A DNA stretch of 64,000 bases from Rhodobiaceae bacterium (GTDB taxonomy: Bacteria > Pseudomonadota > Alphaproteobacteria > Puniceispirillales > Puniceispirillaceae), in NCBI GenBank assembly GCA_038138545.1, contig JAYQDX010000001.1:7750-71749 (forward strand). Direction: 5' to 3'. Position numbers and translations under genes: made by a program. Position 1 is the stretch's first letter. Each line of letters starts with the position of its first letter. The notes under the pieces were generated by a model that was not told the DNA's origin, did no database searches, and saw only the letters and a list, made by a program, of their open reading frames with translations. Shown in pieces: positions 38,427-50,172 of this stretch.

Positions 38427-39797
38427 TTGACGCATGACCATCATGACGAACCCGTAGATGTCGGGCAGATGATCGCCTGGATTGCCGATGGCGAAACCCC
38501 CGTCGGCGAACAGAAGATCGGCACCGAACACGAGAAATTCCTGTTCCACCGGCACGATCTGGCACCGGTCGCCTATGAAGGCGAGGCTGGAATCGGCGCG
38601 CTTCTCGGGCGGCTGTTGACCGAACTTGGACCGGGCGCCGAGCCAATCATGGAAAAAGGCAATATCATCGGCATCATCGATTCCGATGGGGGCGCGGTAA
38701 CGCTGGAGCCGGGTGGACAGCTCGAACTGTCCGGGGCGCCGCTTGATGACATCCACCAGACCTGCAGCGAGACCGGCCGGCATCTGCGGCATATGAAGGC
38801 GGCGGCGGCGCCGCTGGATATCGGCATGCTCGGCATCGGCTATCACCCGACGGCGCGCCGCGAGGATATCAGCTTCATGCCGAAGGGGCGGTACCGCATC
38901 ATGAGCCGGCATATGCCGAAGGTCGGCACGCTTGGTCTCGACATGATGCTTCGCACCTGCACCGTGCAGGTGAACCTCGATTTTTCCGACGAGGCCGATA
39001 TGCGGCGCAAATTCCGCACCTCGCTGGCGCTGCAGCCGGTGGCGACCGCGCTGTTCGCGAACTCGCCATTCAAGGATGGCGCGCCATCGGGCTGGCTGTC
39101 GACTCGGGCGCAGGCCTGGACCGATACCGATGCCGCCCGCAGCGGCGTGCCCTCATGCGTCTTCGATGACTATTTCGGCTATGAACAGTGGATAGATTAT
39201 ATCCTTGATGTTCCTATGTATTTCCTGCATCGCGGCGATGATTATATCGATGTCGCCGGCCGCTCCTTCCGTGATTTCATGGATGGTATGTTGACCGGGT
39301 TCGAGGGCCAGCTGCCAAGCATGGCCGATTTTCAGGATCATATCACCACCGCCTTTCCCGAGGTGCGGCTGAAGCGGTTCCTCGAGATGCGCGGCGCCGA
39401 TGGCGGCGCCTGGGACAATATCTGCGCCTTGCCGGCCTTCTGGGTCGGGCTCCTCTATGACGAGCAGGCTCTTGAGGAAGCGACGGCACTGGCCGCCCCG
39501 TTTGGTGCCGAGGATGTGATGGCGGCGCGGTTGTCGGTGGCGCGCGACGGGCTTCGTGGCCAGCTTGGCGGCCGCGACGTTCATGATCTGGCGGCAAGGC
39601 TTGTCGAGCTTGCCTCGGCGGGCCTGCGGCGCCGGGCCCGCATTGATGACAGCGGTGGCGACGAGACCGGATATCTGGCACCGCTCCGCAACGCGCTGGC
39701 GAATGGCGAGACGCCGGCAGAACGGCTGCTGCGGCTGTATCGCGATTCATGGGATGGTGACGTCACGCGGATTTTCGAAGCCGAAAGATATTCATGA
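38427..39797 (+). CDS. gshA: Glutamate--cysteine ligase (alphaproteobacterial/plant type)
   Basis: IGTEHEKF, LEPGGQLELSG, MPKGRY, TCTVQVNLD, FPEVRLKRFLEMRGAD. Confidence 0.96.
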   Translation: MTHDHHDEPVDVGQMIAWIADGETPVGEQKIGTEHEKFLFHRHDLAPVAYEGEAGIGALLGRLLTELGPGAEPIMEKGNIIGIIDSDGGAVTLEPGGQLELSGAPLDDIHQTCSETGRHLRHMKAAAAPLDIGMLGIGYHPTARREDISFMPKGRYRIMSRHMPKVGTLGLDMMLRTCTVQVNLDFSDEADMRRKFRTSLALQPVATALFANSPFKDGAPSGWLSTRAQAWTDTDAARSGVPSCVFDDYFGYEQWIDYILDVPMYFLHRGDDYIDVAGRSFRDFMDGMLTGFEGQLPSMADFQDHITTAFPEVRLKRFLEMRGADGGAWDNICALPAFWVGLLYDEQALEEATALAAPFGAEDVMAARLSVARDGLRGQLGGRDVHDLAARLVELASAGLRRRARIDDSGGDETGYLAPLRNALANGETPAERLLRLYRDSWDGDVTRIFEAERYS

Positions 39798-39866
39798 CAT
39801 ATGACCGTCCCTGCAATATCGGGATCGTGACCTCAACCGGGGACGCAGGATCGTAAAGGGGCAAGG

Positions 39867-41051
39867 ATGCCGGTACTCCTGCTCATCGTGGGAATAAATT
39901 TCATTGGCGTCGGCGCTCTGATTCCGGTCCTTCCCTACACCGTGATCGAGATGCTGGGCCTGCCGGCAAGCGTGATGACGATGCTTCTGGCCTCGTTTGC
40001 GCTGGCGATGTTCGTGGCCAATCCCATTCTCGGCAGGCTGTCGGACCATTACGGTCGTCGCCGGGTCCTGTTCGTGTCGCTGGCCATCAGCGCTGTGGCG
40101 CATCTGTGGTTTGCCATGTCGAGCGATATCCTGTCGATGTTCGCAGCACGGATCATTGCCGGTTTCGCCTCGGGCAATACCGGGGTCATCCAGGCGATGA
40201 TCGCCGACCGCACGACAGACGAGAAACGCGCCCAGTATATGGGGTTGCTCGGCGCCGCCATCGGTGTCGGCTTTGTTGCCGGGCCGGCGCTTGGTGGGCT
40301 GTTCAGCCATATTGGTGGTGGCCCGCTTCATCAGGCGCCGTTTCTCCTCGCGGCCGGGTTTTCGCTACTGGCGCTGGTCCTCACCACGCGCCTCAAGGCG
40401 CCGCCGGACGGGCGGATCGTGCCGGATGATGAAAGGATCGGGTTGATGGCGCGGGTGGCGATGCTGCTCCGCTCGCCGCTGGCGCTCTATGCGGCGGTGG
40501 CGCTGGTGCTGAATCTCGCCTTCGCCCAGGTCGAGGCATCCTTTGTCCTGGTGCTTCGCGACTATCTCGGATTCGGCGCCCGCGAAACCGGATGGCTTTT
40601 CACTTATATCGGCGTCTGCATTGTCATTGTGCAGGCGGTGCTGATCCGCCACATCGTCGCCAGGTTCGGCGAGATCGGCGCGATGGGGCTTGGTGGCCTG
40701 TTGCTGGTGGGCGGCCAGATCATGACGGTGCTGGCAGTGGCGGGTTTGCTGCCCGGCAATGGCTGGCCGCTTGTGCAGACGCTTCTCGCCACAACCGCGA
40801 TCTGTTTCGGGTTCGCGGTCGCCTCGCCGGCGCTGAGCAGCGTCGCCAGCAAGGTGGCTGGCCGATCCTCTCGTGGCGGGTCGCTTGGCGTTGTCCAGGG
40901 TTTCGGCTCACTCGGGCAGGTGATCGGGCTTGTTGTCGCCGGGCCGCTCTATGACCTCGGCGGTACGCCGTACCCGTTCAGCTTCGGTGCGCTGGTGATG
41001 TTAGGCATGCTGGCCATTCTGCCATTCCTTGTCCGGCCGACAGAGGAGTGA
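39867..41051 (+). CDS. MFS transporter, TetA/DHA1-like
   Basis: GRLSDHYGRR motif A, GFVAGPALGG motif C. Confidence 0.88.
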   Translation: MPVLLLIVGINFIGVGALIPVLPYTVIEMLGLPASVMTMLLASFALAMFVANPILGRLSDHYGRRRVLFVSLAISAVAHLWFAMSSDILSMFAARIIAGFASGNTGVIQAMIADRTTDEKRAQYMGLLGAAIGVGFVAGPALGGLFSHIGGGPLHQAPFLLAAGFSLLALVLTTRLKAPPDGRIVPDDERIGLMARVAMLLRSPLALYAAVALVLNLAFAQVEASFVLVLRDYLGFGARETGWLFTYIGVCIVIVQAVLIRHIVARFGEIGAMGLGGLLLVGGQIMTVLAVAGLLPGNGWPLVQTLLATTAICFGFAVASPALSSVASKVAGRSSRGGSLGVVQGFGSLGQVIGLVVAGPLYDLGGTPYPFSFGALVMLGMLAILPFLVRPTEE

Positions 41052-41073
41052 CCGATAGAAGACAGGTGACCGG

Positions 41074-42513
41074 CTAGGCGGCCTCGGTGCCACCAACGGT
41101 GATGCCGCCCATCTTCACGGTCGGTTGGCCAACACCCACAGGAACGCTCTGCCCGGCCTTGCCGCAGGTGCCAACCCCGTCATCAAGCGCCATGTCATTG
41201 CCGACCATGCTGATCTTCGACATAGCGTCAGGCCCGTTGCCGATCAGGGTGGCGCCCTTCACTGGCGCGCCGATCCTGCCATTTTCCACAAGATAGGCCT
41301 CGGACGCGGCAAACACGAACTTGCCCGAGGTGATGTCGACCTGACCACCACCGAAATTGACGGCATAGATGCCCTTCCTGATCGAGGCGACGATCTCGTC
41401 CGGGTCATGCGGGCCATTTTCCATGAAGGTATTCGTCATGCGGGGCATCGGGGCGTGCTCATGCGACTGCCGGCGGCCGTTGCCGGTGGCCTCGACCCCC
41501 ATCAGGCGGGCATTCTGGCGGTCCTGCATATAGCCGCGAAGGATGCCGTCCTCGATCAACACATTGCGGCGTGACTGCGTGCCTTCGTCATCGATGGTGA
41601 TCGACCCGCGACGGTCCTGCATGGTGCCGTCATCAACGACAGTTACATCCTTGGCGGCGACCTGTTCACCGACCCGGCCGCTGAAGATCGAGGTGCCCTT
41701 GCGGTTGAAGTCGCCTTCCAGCCCGTGGCCAACCGCCTCATGCAGCATCACGCCGGGCCAGCCGGCACCGAGAACAACCTCCATCTCGCCGGCCGGGGTG
41801 GCGACCGAATCAAGGTTCAGCGTCGCGATGCGCAGCGCCTCCCGGACCTGCGACTGCCAGATTTCGGGGGACATGTAGCTGTCGAACATCACCCGGCCGC
41901 CGGCGCCCGAAGAGCCGGACTCCATGCGGCCGTCCTGCGCCACCACAACCGAGACATTCAGCCTGACAAGCGGCCGGATATCGGCGGCGCGATGCCCGTC
42001 GGCGCGGATAATCTGGACCGCCTGCCATGACCCGGCGACCGACGCGCTGACCTGGACAACACGCGGGTCGGCGGCGCGGGCAAAGGCGTCGATTTCCTGC
42101 AGCAGGGCGACCTTGTCCTCGAACGGCGTGCCGGATAGCGGGTTGCCATCACTGTAGAGCGGCCGGTTGCTTGCCGATATCGGGGGCGCGGCATGCGTCC
42201 CTGTATGGCCACGGGTAACGGCGGAGACACTGTCGGCGGCGCGCCTGAGCGCGGCCTCGCTCAGCTCGCCGGCATGCGCATAGCCATGCGCCTCACCGGC
42301 GATGGCGCGCAGGCCAAAGCCGCTTGTCTGGTCATAGCTGGCCGCCTTCAGCCGGCCGTCATCGAAGGCCAGCATCTCGGAATGCCGCATCTCGAGGAAC
42401 AATTCGCCGTCATCGGCATCGACAAGCGCGTCGCGCACGATGGCCTCGGCGCGGTCGCGGTCAAGTGCGGTGTTGTCAAAGAAGATCGCGTCTGTGGTAT
42501 GTAAATGGTCCAT
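41074..42513 (-). CDS. tldD: Metalloprotease TldD
   Basis: DIRPLVR, HEAVGHGLEGD, DDEG, PRMTNT, CGK.GQ.VPV. Confidence 0.97.
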   Translation of the reverse strand: MDHLHTTDAIFFDNTALDRDRAEAIVRDALVDADDGELFLEMRHSEMLAFDDGRLKAASYDQTSGFGLRAIAGEAHGYAHAGELSEAALRRAADSVSAVTRGHTGTHAAPPISASNRPLYSDGNPLSGTPFEDKVALLQEIDAFARAADPRVVQVSASVAGSWQAVQIIRADGHRAADIRPLVRLNVSVVVAQDGRMESGSSGAGGRVMFDSYMSPEIWQSQVREALRIATLNLDSVATPAGEMEVVLGAGWPGVMLHEAVGHGLEGDFNRKGTSIFSGRVGEQVAAKDVTVVDDGTMQDRRGSITIDDEGTQSRRNVLIEDGILRGYMQDRQNARLMGVEATGNGRRQSHEHAPMPRMTNTFMENGPHDPDEIVASIRKGIYAVNFGGGQVDITSGKFVFAASEAYLVENGRIGAPVKGATLIGNGPDAMSKISMVGNDMALDDGVGTCGKAGQSVPVGVGQPTVKMGGITVGGTEAA

Positions 42514-42610
42514 GGTGTCTCCTCGACGTTAAGTCCTCGGCATGCGGTGTGTTCGGGCTGCCCCGATGGCGATGATCCGGCGGGCGGAAAGGCATGCTGT
42601 TATCCCGAGA

Positions 42611-42639
42611 GAATGGGGCTCTGGCCAGCGGATTTCAAG
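42611..42639 (-). promoter_or_regulatory. Sigma32 (RpoH)-type promoter of tldD
   Basis: CTTGAAA-N14-CCCCATTC, close to the classical sigma32 consensus. Confidence 0.55.
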
Positions 42640-42721
42640 CGCCAAGACACGCGCTGGAGGGGCGCGGCGCGGTCGCCGGAAAGCGTCGATTGGCCAACGT
42701 ATAAAAAAAATCGCATTTATA

Positions 42722-42736
42722 GCGACAGGCTGCCGC
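42722..42736. promoter_or_regulatory. RegA/PrrA/RegR box upstream of coxB
   Basis: GCGAC-aggct-GCCGC, which reads GCGGC-N5-GTCGC on the minus strand, flanked by AT-rich DNA. Confidence 0.55.
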
Positions 42737-42858
42737 ACAGGGCTTCCAAATTTTGTCGAATCGGTCTATCAACTGCTTGATCAAAAGCGGGTCGCGCGGT
42801 GTCTTTTTTTGTCTGGCCGGCCAACTCCGATCAAGCGCTTTATCTGGGGGAGATATCC

Positions 42859-45373
<2,515 letters not shown>

Positions 45374-45411
45374 GACCGCTGTGACCGATCAACCCTATCT
45401 GGCTGGAGCCG

Positions 45412-46344
45412 ATGGCATTTACATCTAACCAGAACGCAAACGCGTCGACCGACGGGCTGTATGGCCCGTCGGTCGCTGATTTCTGGCAGCTTCTGAAGCC
45501 GCGTGTGATGAGCCTTGTGATCTTCACCGGTTTCGTGGGGATGTTCCTGGCACCCGCCGACATGCACCCGCTGCTGTTCATCATCTCGCTGTTCGCCATT
45601 GCCGCCGGCGCTGGCGCATCGGGCGCGATCAACCAGTGGTATGACCGCGACATCGACGCGGTGATGGAACGCACGCGCGGCCGGCCGGTGCCCTCGGGCG
45701 CGGTGGAGCCTGCCGAGGCGCTGAGCTTCGGGCTTGTCATCTCGACACTTTCGGTGCTGCTTCTGGGGCTGGCCTCGAACTGGCTTGCCGCCGGCCTGCT
45801 TGCCTTCACCATTTTCTTCTACGGTGTCATCTACACCATCTGGCTGAAGCGCAGCACACCGCAGAATATCGTCATTGGTGGCGCCGCCGGCGCGTTGCCG
45901 CCGGTAATTGGCTGGGCCGCCGTGACCGGCGGGCTGTCGGTTGAACCGTTGATCCTGTTTGCCGTCATCTTCATGTGGACGCCGCCGCATTTCTGGGCGC
46001 TGGCGCTGTTCCGCAATGATGACTATCTGCGCGCCAATGTACCGATGATGCCGGTTGTCGCCGGCGAGGCGGAAACCCGCCGACAGATCCTGATCTATGC
46101 TGTTCTTCTGGCCCCGCTGGCACTGGCCCCGGCCTTCATCGGCATGACCTCGATGGCATATGGCGTTGTCGTCGCGGCGCTCGGTCTCAATTTCATCCGC
46201 CTGTCATGGGTACTGTACCGGCACCCTGACGATGCGGCGGCAAAGCGTCTTTTCGCCTTTTCGATCCTCTACCTGTTCCTGCTCTTCCTTGGCCTGGTCA
46301 TTGACCGGCTTCTGGTCACGAGCGGCGTTCTGGCGGTGCTGTGA
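45412..46344 (+). CDS. ctaB: Protoheme IX farnesyltransferase (heme o synthase)
   Basis: [36 protein letters not shown]. Confidence 0.96.
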   Translation: MAFTSNQNANASTDGLYGPSVADFWQLLKPRVMSLVIFTGFVGMFLAPADMHPLLFIISLFAIAAGAGASGAINQWYDRDIDAVMERTRGRPVPSGAVEPAEALSFGLVISTLSVLLLGLASNWLAAGLLAFTIFFYGVIYTIWLKRSTPQNIVIGGAAGALPPVIGWAAVTGGLSVEPLILFAVIFMWTPPHFWALALFRNDDYLRANVPMMPVVAGEAETRRQILIYAVLLAPLALAPAFIGMTSMAYGVVVAALGLNFIRLSWVLYRHPDDAAAKRLFAFSILYLFLLFLGLVIDRLLVTSGVLAVL

Positions 46345-46487
46345 TGGCTGAACGGCAGCAACCGAGGACGGCGGACGAGATGGTGCAGATGCGCCGCACC
46401 CGCAACCGCGCGCTGCTTGGCGCGATTGCCGGGCTGTGTGTGCTGTTTTTCGTGCTGACCATTGTCAGGATGGGAGGTGCCGGATGA
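46344..46487 (+). CDS. Small single-TM protein of the cox operon (CoxF-like, 47 aa)
   Basis: [47 protein letters not shown]; overlaps the ctaB stop (TGATG) and the ctaG start (ATGA); below the ORF-track cutoff. Confidence 0.8.
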   Translation: MAERQQPRTADEMVQMRRTRNRALLGAIAGLCVLFFVLTIVRMGGAG

Positions 46488-47065
46488 CCGGCCCCGCCAT
46501 CACACCCGCCGCACCGCCGCAGGATGGCAACCGCCGGTTGCTGGTGATTCTGGCGATTGTCGTCAGCGGCATGGTCGGCCTGGCCTATGCCTCGGTGCCG
46601 CTGTACAAGCTTTTCTGTCAGGTGACCGGCTATGGTGGCACGACGCAGGTGGCGCCGGCGCAGGCCGAGACCGTGGTGACTGGTCATCCGGTGAAGGTGC
46701 GGTTCGACGCCAATATCAGCCGCGGCCTGAACTGGCGTTTCGAGGCCGTTGACGCGCCGGTGACGCTGAACCCGGGCGAAGAGGTGGTGATCAACTACCG
46801 CGCGACGAATCTTGGCGGCGCGCCATCGACCGGCACCTCGACCTATAATGTCACGCCGGTCAAGGCCGGACCACATTTCATGAAGATCGACTGCTTCTGC
46901 TTTATCGAGCAGACGCTGCAACCGGGCGAGTCGGTGCTGATGCCGGTGCGCTTCTACATCGACCCGGACATCGTCGCCGACAGCAATGCAAGTGATGTCG
47001 ACGAAATCATCTTGTCCTATACATTCTTTCCGGTGCAGGGTGCCGGTAAGGCCGAGGATACTTGA
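46484..47065 (+). CDS. ctaG: Cytochrome c oxidase Cu(B) assembly protein Cox11/CtaG
   Basis: YASVPLY..FC.VTGYGGT, KIDCFCF, LSYTFF. Confidence 0.96.
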   Translation: MTGPAITPAAPPQDGNRRLLVILAIVVSGMVGLAYASVPLYKLFCQVTGYGGTTQVAPAQAETVVTGHPVKVRFDANISRGLNWRFEAVDAPVTLNPGEEVVINYRATNLGGAPSTGTSTYNVTPVKAGPHFMKIDCFCFIEQTLQPGESVLMPVRFYIDPDIVADSNASDVDEIILSYTFFPVQGAGKAEDT

Positions 47066-47116
47066 TCAGGGAGAGGTGGTGTCGCCGAGGCGGCGCCAGA
47101 TTGAGAGGAGACCAAC

Positions 47117-47902
47117 ATGAGTGGTGCAAACAAACACCCCTATCATCTCGTTGAGGCGAGTCCATGGCCCGCCGTTGGCGCGGCGGCGGCCTTCACAGCG
47201 GCCATTGGCGGCGTCATGTTCATGCATGAAGTCGCGCATGGGGTTACCGTGCTGGCAATCGGCATGGCGCTGGTGCTGGCGACGATGTTCATGTGGTGGC
47301 GCGACATCATCCGCGAGGCCGAATATCAGGGGCACCATACCCCGATCGTGCAGATCGGCATGCGCTACGGGATGATGCTGTTCATCGCCTCCGAGGTGAT
47401 GTTCTTTGTCGCCTTCTTCTGGGCGTTCTTTGACCGCGCCCTGTTCCCGATGGGGGGTGTCTGGCCGCCGGAAGGGATCGAGACCTTCAATCCGTTCGAC
47501 CTGCCGCTGATCAACACGCTGGTGCTGCTGCTGTCAGGCTGTACGGTGACCTGGGCGCATCACGCGCTGCAGCATGGCAACCGCCGCGACTTCATGACCG
47601 GCCTTGGCATCACGATCATTCTTGGCGCGCTGTTCACCGGTCTGCAGGCGATCGAGTACAGCCATGCCCCGTTTGGTTTCACCGATGGTATCTATCCCTC
47701 GGTCTTCTACATGGCCACCGGTTTCCACGGTTTCCACGTCCTGGTCGGCACCTGTTTCCTTGCCGTCTGCTGGTTCCGGGGCCGCGCCGGCCATTTCTCG
47801 GCCGAACAGCATTTCGGCTTCGAGGCCGCCGCCTGGTACTGGCACTTTGTCGACGTTGTCTGGCTGTTCCTGTTCGCCGCCGTATATTGGTGGGGCCAGT
47901 AA
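47117..47902 (+). CDS. coxC: Cytochrome c oxidase subunit III
   Basis: HPYHLV..SPWP, SEVMFF, TGFHGFHV, WYWHFVDVVW. Confidence 0.98.
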   Translation: MSGANKHPYHLVEASPWPAVGAAAAFTAAIGGVMFMHEVAHGVTVLAIGMALVLATMFMWWRDIIREAEYQGHHTPIVQIGMRYGMMLFIASEVMFFVAFFWAFFDRALFPMGGVWPPEGIETFNPFDLPLINTLVLLLSGCTVTWAHHALQHGNRRDFMTGLGITIILGALFTGLQAIEYSHAPFGFTDGIYPSVFYMATGFHGFHVLVGTCFLAVCWFRGRAGHFSAEQHFGFEAAAWYWHFVDVVWLFLFAAVYWWGQ

Positions 47903-47945
47903 TCAGGCTGGTGCCGCCATCGCGGCATCGTGCAAATTCACGGGG

Positions 47946-47975
47946 AGGGGGCGCTTTTCACGGGCGCTCCCTTTT
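47946..47975 (+). terminator. Intrinsic terminator after coxC
   Basis: GC-rich stem AGGGGGCGCT...GGCGCTCCCT followed by a T-run. Confidence 0.55.
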
Positions 47976-48016
47976 CATTGGTGCTAGGTAGAAGCACCTT
48001 CAACACGGGTAGTTCG

Positions 48017-48769
48017 ATGAAATTCCGTCCGCTTCTATGGCCAACTGTCGTCGCGCTTCCGGCGCTGATTATCCTGCTGATGCTTGGCACCTGGCAGGTT
48101 CAGCGGCTGGAATGGAAGAATCAGTTGATCCATGATTTCGAAACCCGCGCCACCGCCGACGCGATTGAGCTGCCGATGGGCACCATCGCGCCGGAGATGG
48201 AGTTCCGCCGCCTGTCATTGACCGGCAGCTTCGACCATGAGCGGGAAATCTTCATGACCGGCCGTTCCTATGAGGGCAATGCCGGTTTTCACATCGTCAC
48301 ACCTTTTACCCTGACCGACGGGCGGATCATCCTGATCAACCGTGGCTGGGTGTCGGAATCCTACCGCGACAGGGCAAAGCGGGCCTTCTCTTTGATCGAG
48401 GGCGAGACCACGGTCACCGCCATCCTGCGGTTCCCGGCGACAAAGGGATATTTTGTCCCCGAGAATGAGCCCGAGAACGGGTTCTGGTTCACCCTTGTGC
48501 CGGCGCAGATCGTGTCGCATCTCGGGCTTGGTGACGCTGCCGAGACCGGGATCTACGCGGCGGCGGTGCGGACATCGGAGAAAATCTCGTTGCCGATCGG
48601 GGCGAGGACCGAAACCAACCTTCGCAACTCGCATCTTGGCTATGCCATCACCTGGTATGGAATTGCCTGCGCGCTGATCGGCGTCTATGCCACCTTCCAC
48701 CACCAGCGCGGGCGGTTGAGCTTTGGCGCCGGTGGCGCGGGAAGGGATGAACAGGAGCCTCGTGGATGA
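48017..48769 (+). CDS. surf1: SURF1 family cytochrome oxidase biogenesis protein
   Basis: LGTWQVQRLEWK, INRGWV, N.HLGYAITWY. Confidence 0.94.
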   Translation: MKFRPLLWPTVVALPALIILLMLGTWQVQRLEWKNQLIHDFETRATADAIELPMGTIAPEMEFRRLSLTGSFDHEREIFMTGRSYEGNAGFHIVTPFTLTDGRIILINRGWVSESYRDRAKRAFSLIEGETTVTAILRFPATKGYFVPENEPENGFWFTLVPAQIVSHLGLGDAAETGIYAAAVRTSEKISLPIGARTETNLRNSHLGYAITWYGIACALIGVYATFHHQRGRLSFGAGGAGRDEQEPRG

Positions 48770-50172
48770 ACTATATCAGCACAAGGGGACAGGACGGACC
48801 GCTGGGCTACGAGCAGGCGCTTCTCAGTGGCCTTGCACGCGATGGCGGTCTTTATCTGCCAACCGGCTACCCGCAATTCACCGCTGATGAAATCCGCGAT
48901 ATGGCCGGCCTTTCCTATGCCGCGCTGGCCGGCCGGATCATGGCGCGCTTCACCGATGGCGAGATTGACGAGGCCGAGCTGACCGCCATGGCCGGCGACG
49001 CCTATGCCGGGTTCACCGACCCCGAGATCGCGCCGCTTCGTCCGCTGAACGAGCGCATCCATGTCATGGAGCTGTTCCACGGCCCGACCATCGCCTTCAA
49101 GGATTATGCGATGCAGTTCCTGTCGCGTGCCTTTGATCGGGCGCTGCGCTCGGCCGGGCGGCAGGCGGTGATCCTTGGCGCCACCAGCGGCGATACCGGG
49201 TCGGCCGCCCTCGAGGCCTTCAAGGGACGCGAGGCTGTTGACATCTTTATCCTGTTTCCCGAGGGGCGGGTCTCGCCGGTGCAACAGCGCCAGATGACAT
49301 CGGTTATCGCGGCGGGCGCGCATGCGGTGGCTGTCGCTGGCGATTTCGATGATTGCCAGGCCATCGTCAAGACGCTGTTCAACGATCATGGCTTCCGTGA
49401 CGAGGTCAACCTGTCGGCCGTAAATTCAATCAACTGGGCGCGGCTGATGCCGCAAATCGTCTATTATTTCAAGGCGGCGCTGGCGCTTGGCGCACCGGAC
49501 CGGAAAGTCGCCTTTTCGGTCCCTACTGGCAATTTCGGGAATGTCTTTGCCGGCTATGTGGCGATGCGGATGGGGCTGCCGGTCGACCGGCTGATCATCG
49601 CCTCGAACCGCAACGACATCCTGACCCGTTTCTTTGAGGATGGGGCGATGCAACGCGAGACGGTGACGCCGTCACTCAGCCCGTCGATGGATATTCAGGT
49701 GTCGAGCAATTTTGAACGGCTGTTGTTTGAACTCATGGGACGGGACGGTGACGCCGTGGCGGCGATCATGGCGCGTTTCGCCGACACCGGCAGCTTCGAG
49801 CTGCCGGCTCAGGCCATGCAATCGGCACGCAAGCATTTCGCCGCCTACCGGCTGGATGATGATGGCACGCTGGCCGAAATCGCCGCCAGCGCGGCAGAGG
49901 GCATGCTGCTCGACCCGCACAGCGCGGTCGGCGTCTCGGCGGCGCGGCGCGCCGTCGCCGATGGCACGGTCGGGCCAGCGGTTCCGGTGGTTGCGCTAGC
50001 CTGCGCGCATCCTGCGAAATTCCAGGAGGCCGTGACCCGCGCCACCGGTGAGGAGCCGGCCCTGCCGTCGCATCTTGCCGATCTGATGTCGCGCGAGGAG
50101 GCGATGCAGCACGCGCCTGCCAGCGCCGATGCCGTTCGTGACCTGATTCTGGCCATGCGGAGGGTGGTATGA
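48766..50172 (+). CDS. thrC: Threonine synthase
   Basis: YISTRG, GLA.DGGLY.P, ELFHGPT.AFKD, ATSGDTG, NSINWAR, PTGNFG. Confidence 0.97.
   Translation: MNYISTRGQDGPLGYEQALLSGLARDGGLYLPTGYPQFTADEIRDMAGLSYAALAGRIMARFTDGEIDEAELTAMAGDAYAGFTDPEIAPLRPLNERIHVMELFHGPTIAFKDYAMQFLSRAFDRALRSAGRQAVILGATSGDTGSAALEAFKGREAVDIFILFPEGRVSPVQQRQMTSVIAAGAHAVAVAGDFDDCQAIVKTLFNDHGFRDEVNLSAVNSINWARLMPQIVYYFKAALALGAPDRKVAFSVPTGNFGNVFAGYVAMRMGLPVDRLIIASNRNDILTRFFEDGAMQRETVTPSLSPSMDIQVSSNFERLLFELMGRDGDAVAAIMARFADTGSFELPAQAMQSARKHFAAYRLDDDGTLAEIAASAAEGMLLDPHSAVGVSAARRAVADGTVGPAVPVVALACAHPAKFQEAVTRATGEEPALPSHLADLMSREEAMQHAPASADAVRDLILAMRRVV

Noticed and set aside
42770-42790. FNR box before coxB
   Set aside because: Only TTGATCAA and an isolated ATCAA half-site; no TTGAT-N4-ATCAA spacing.
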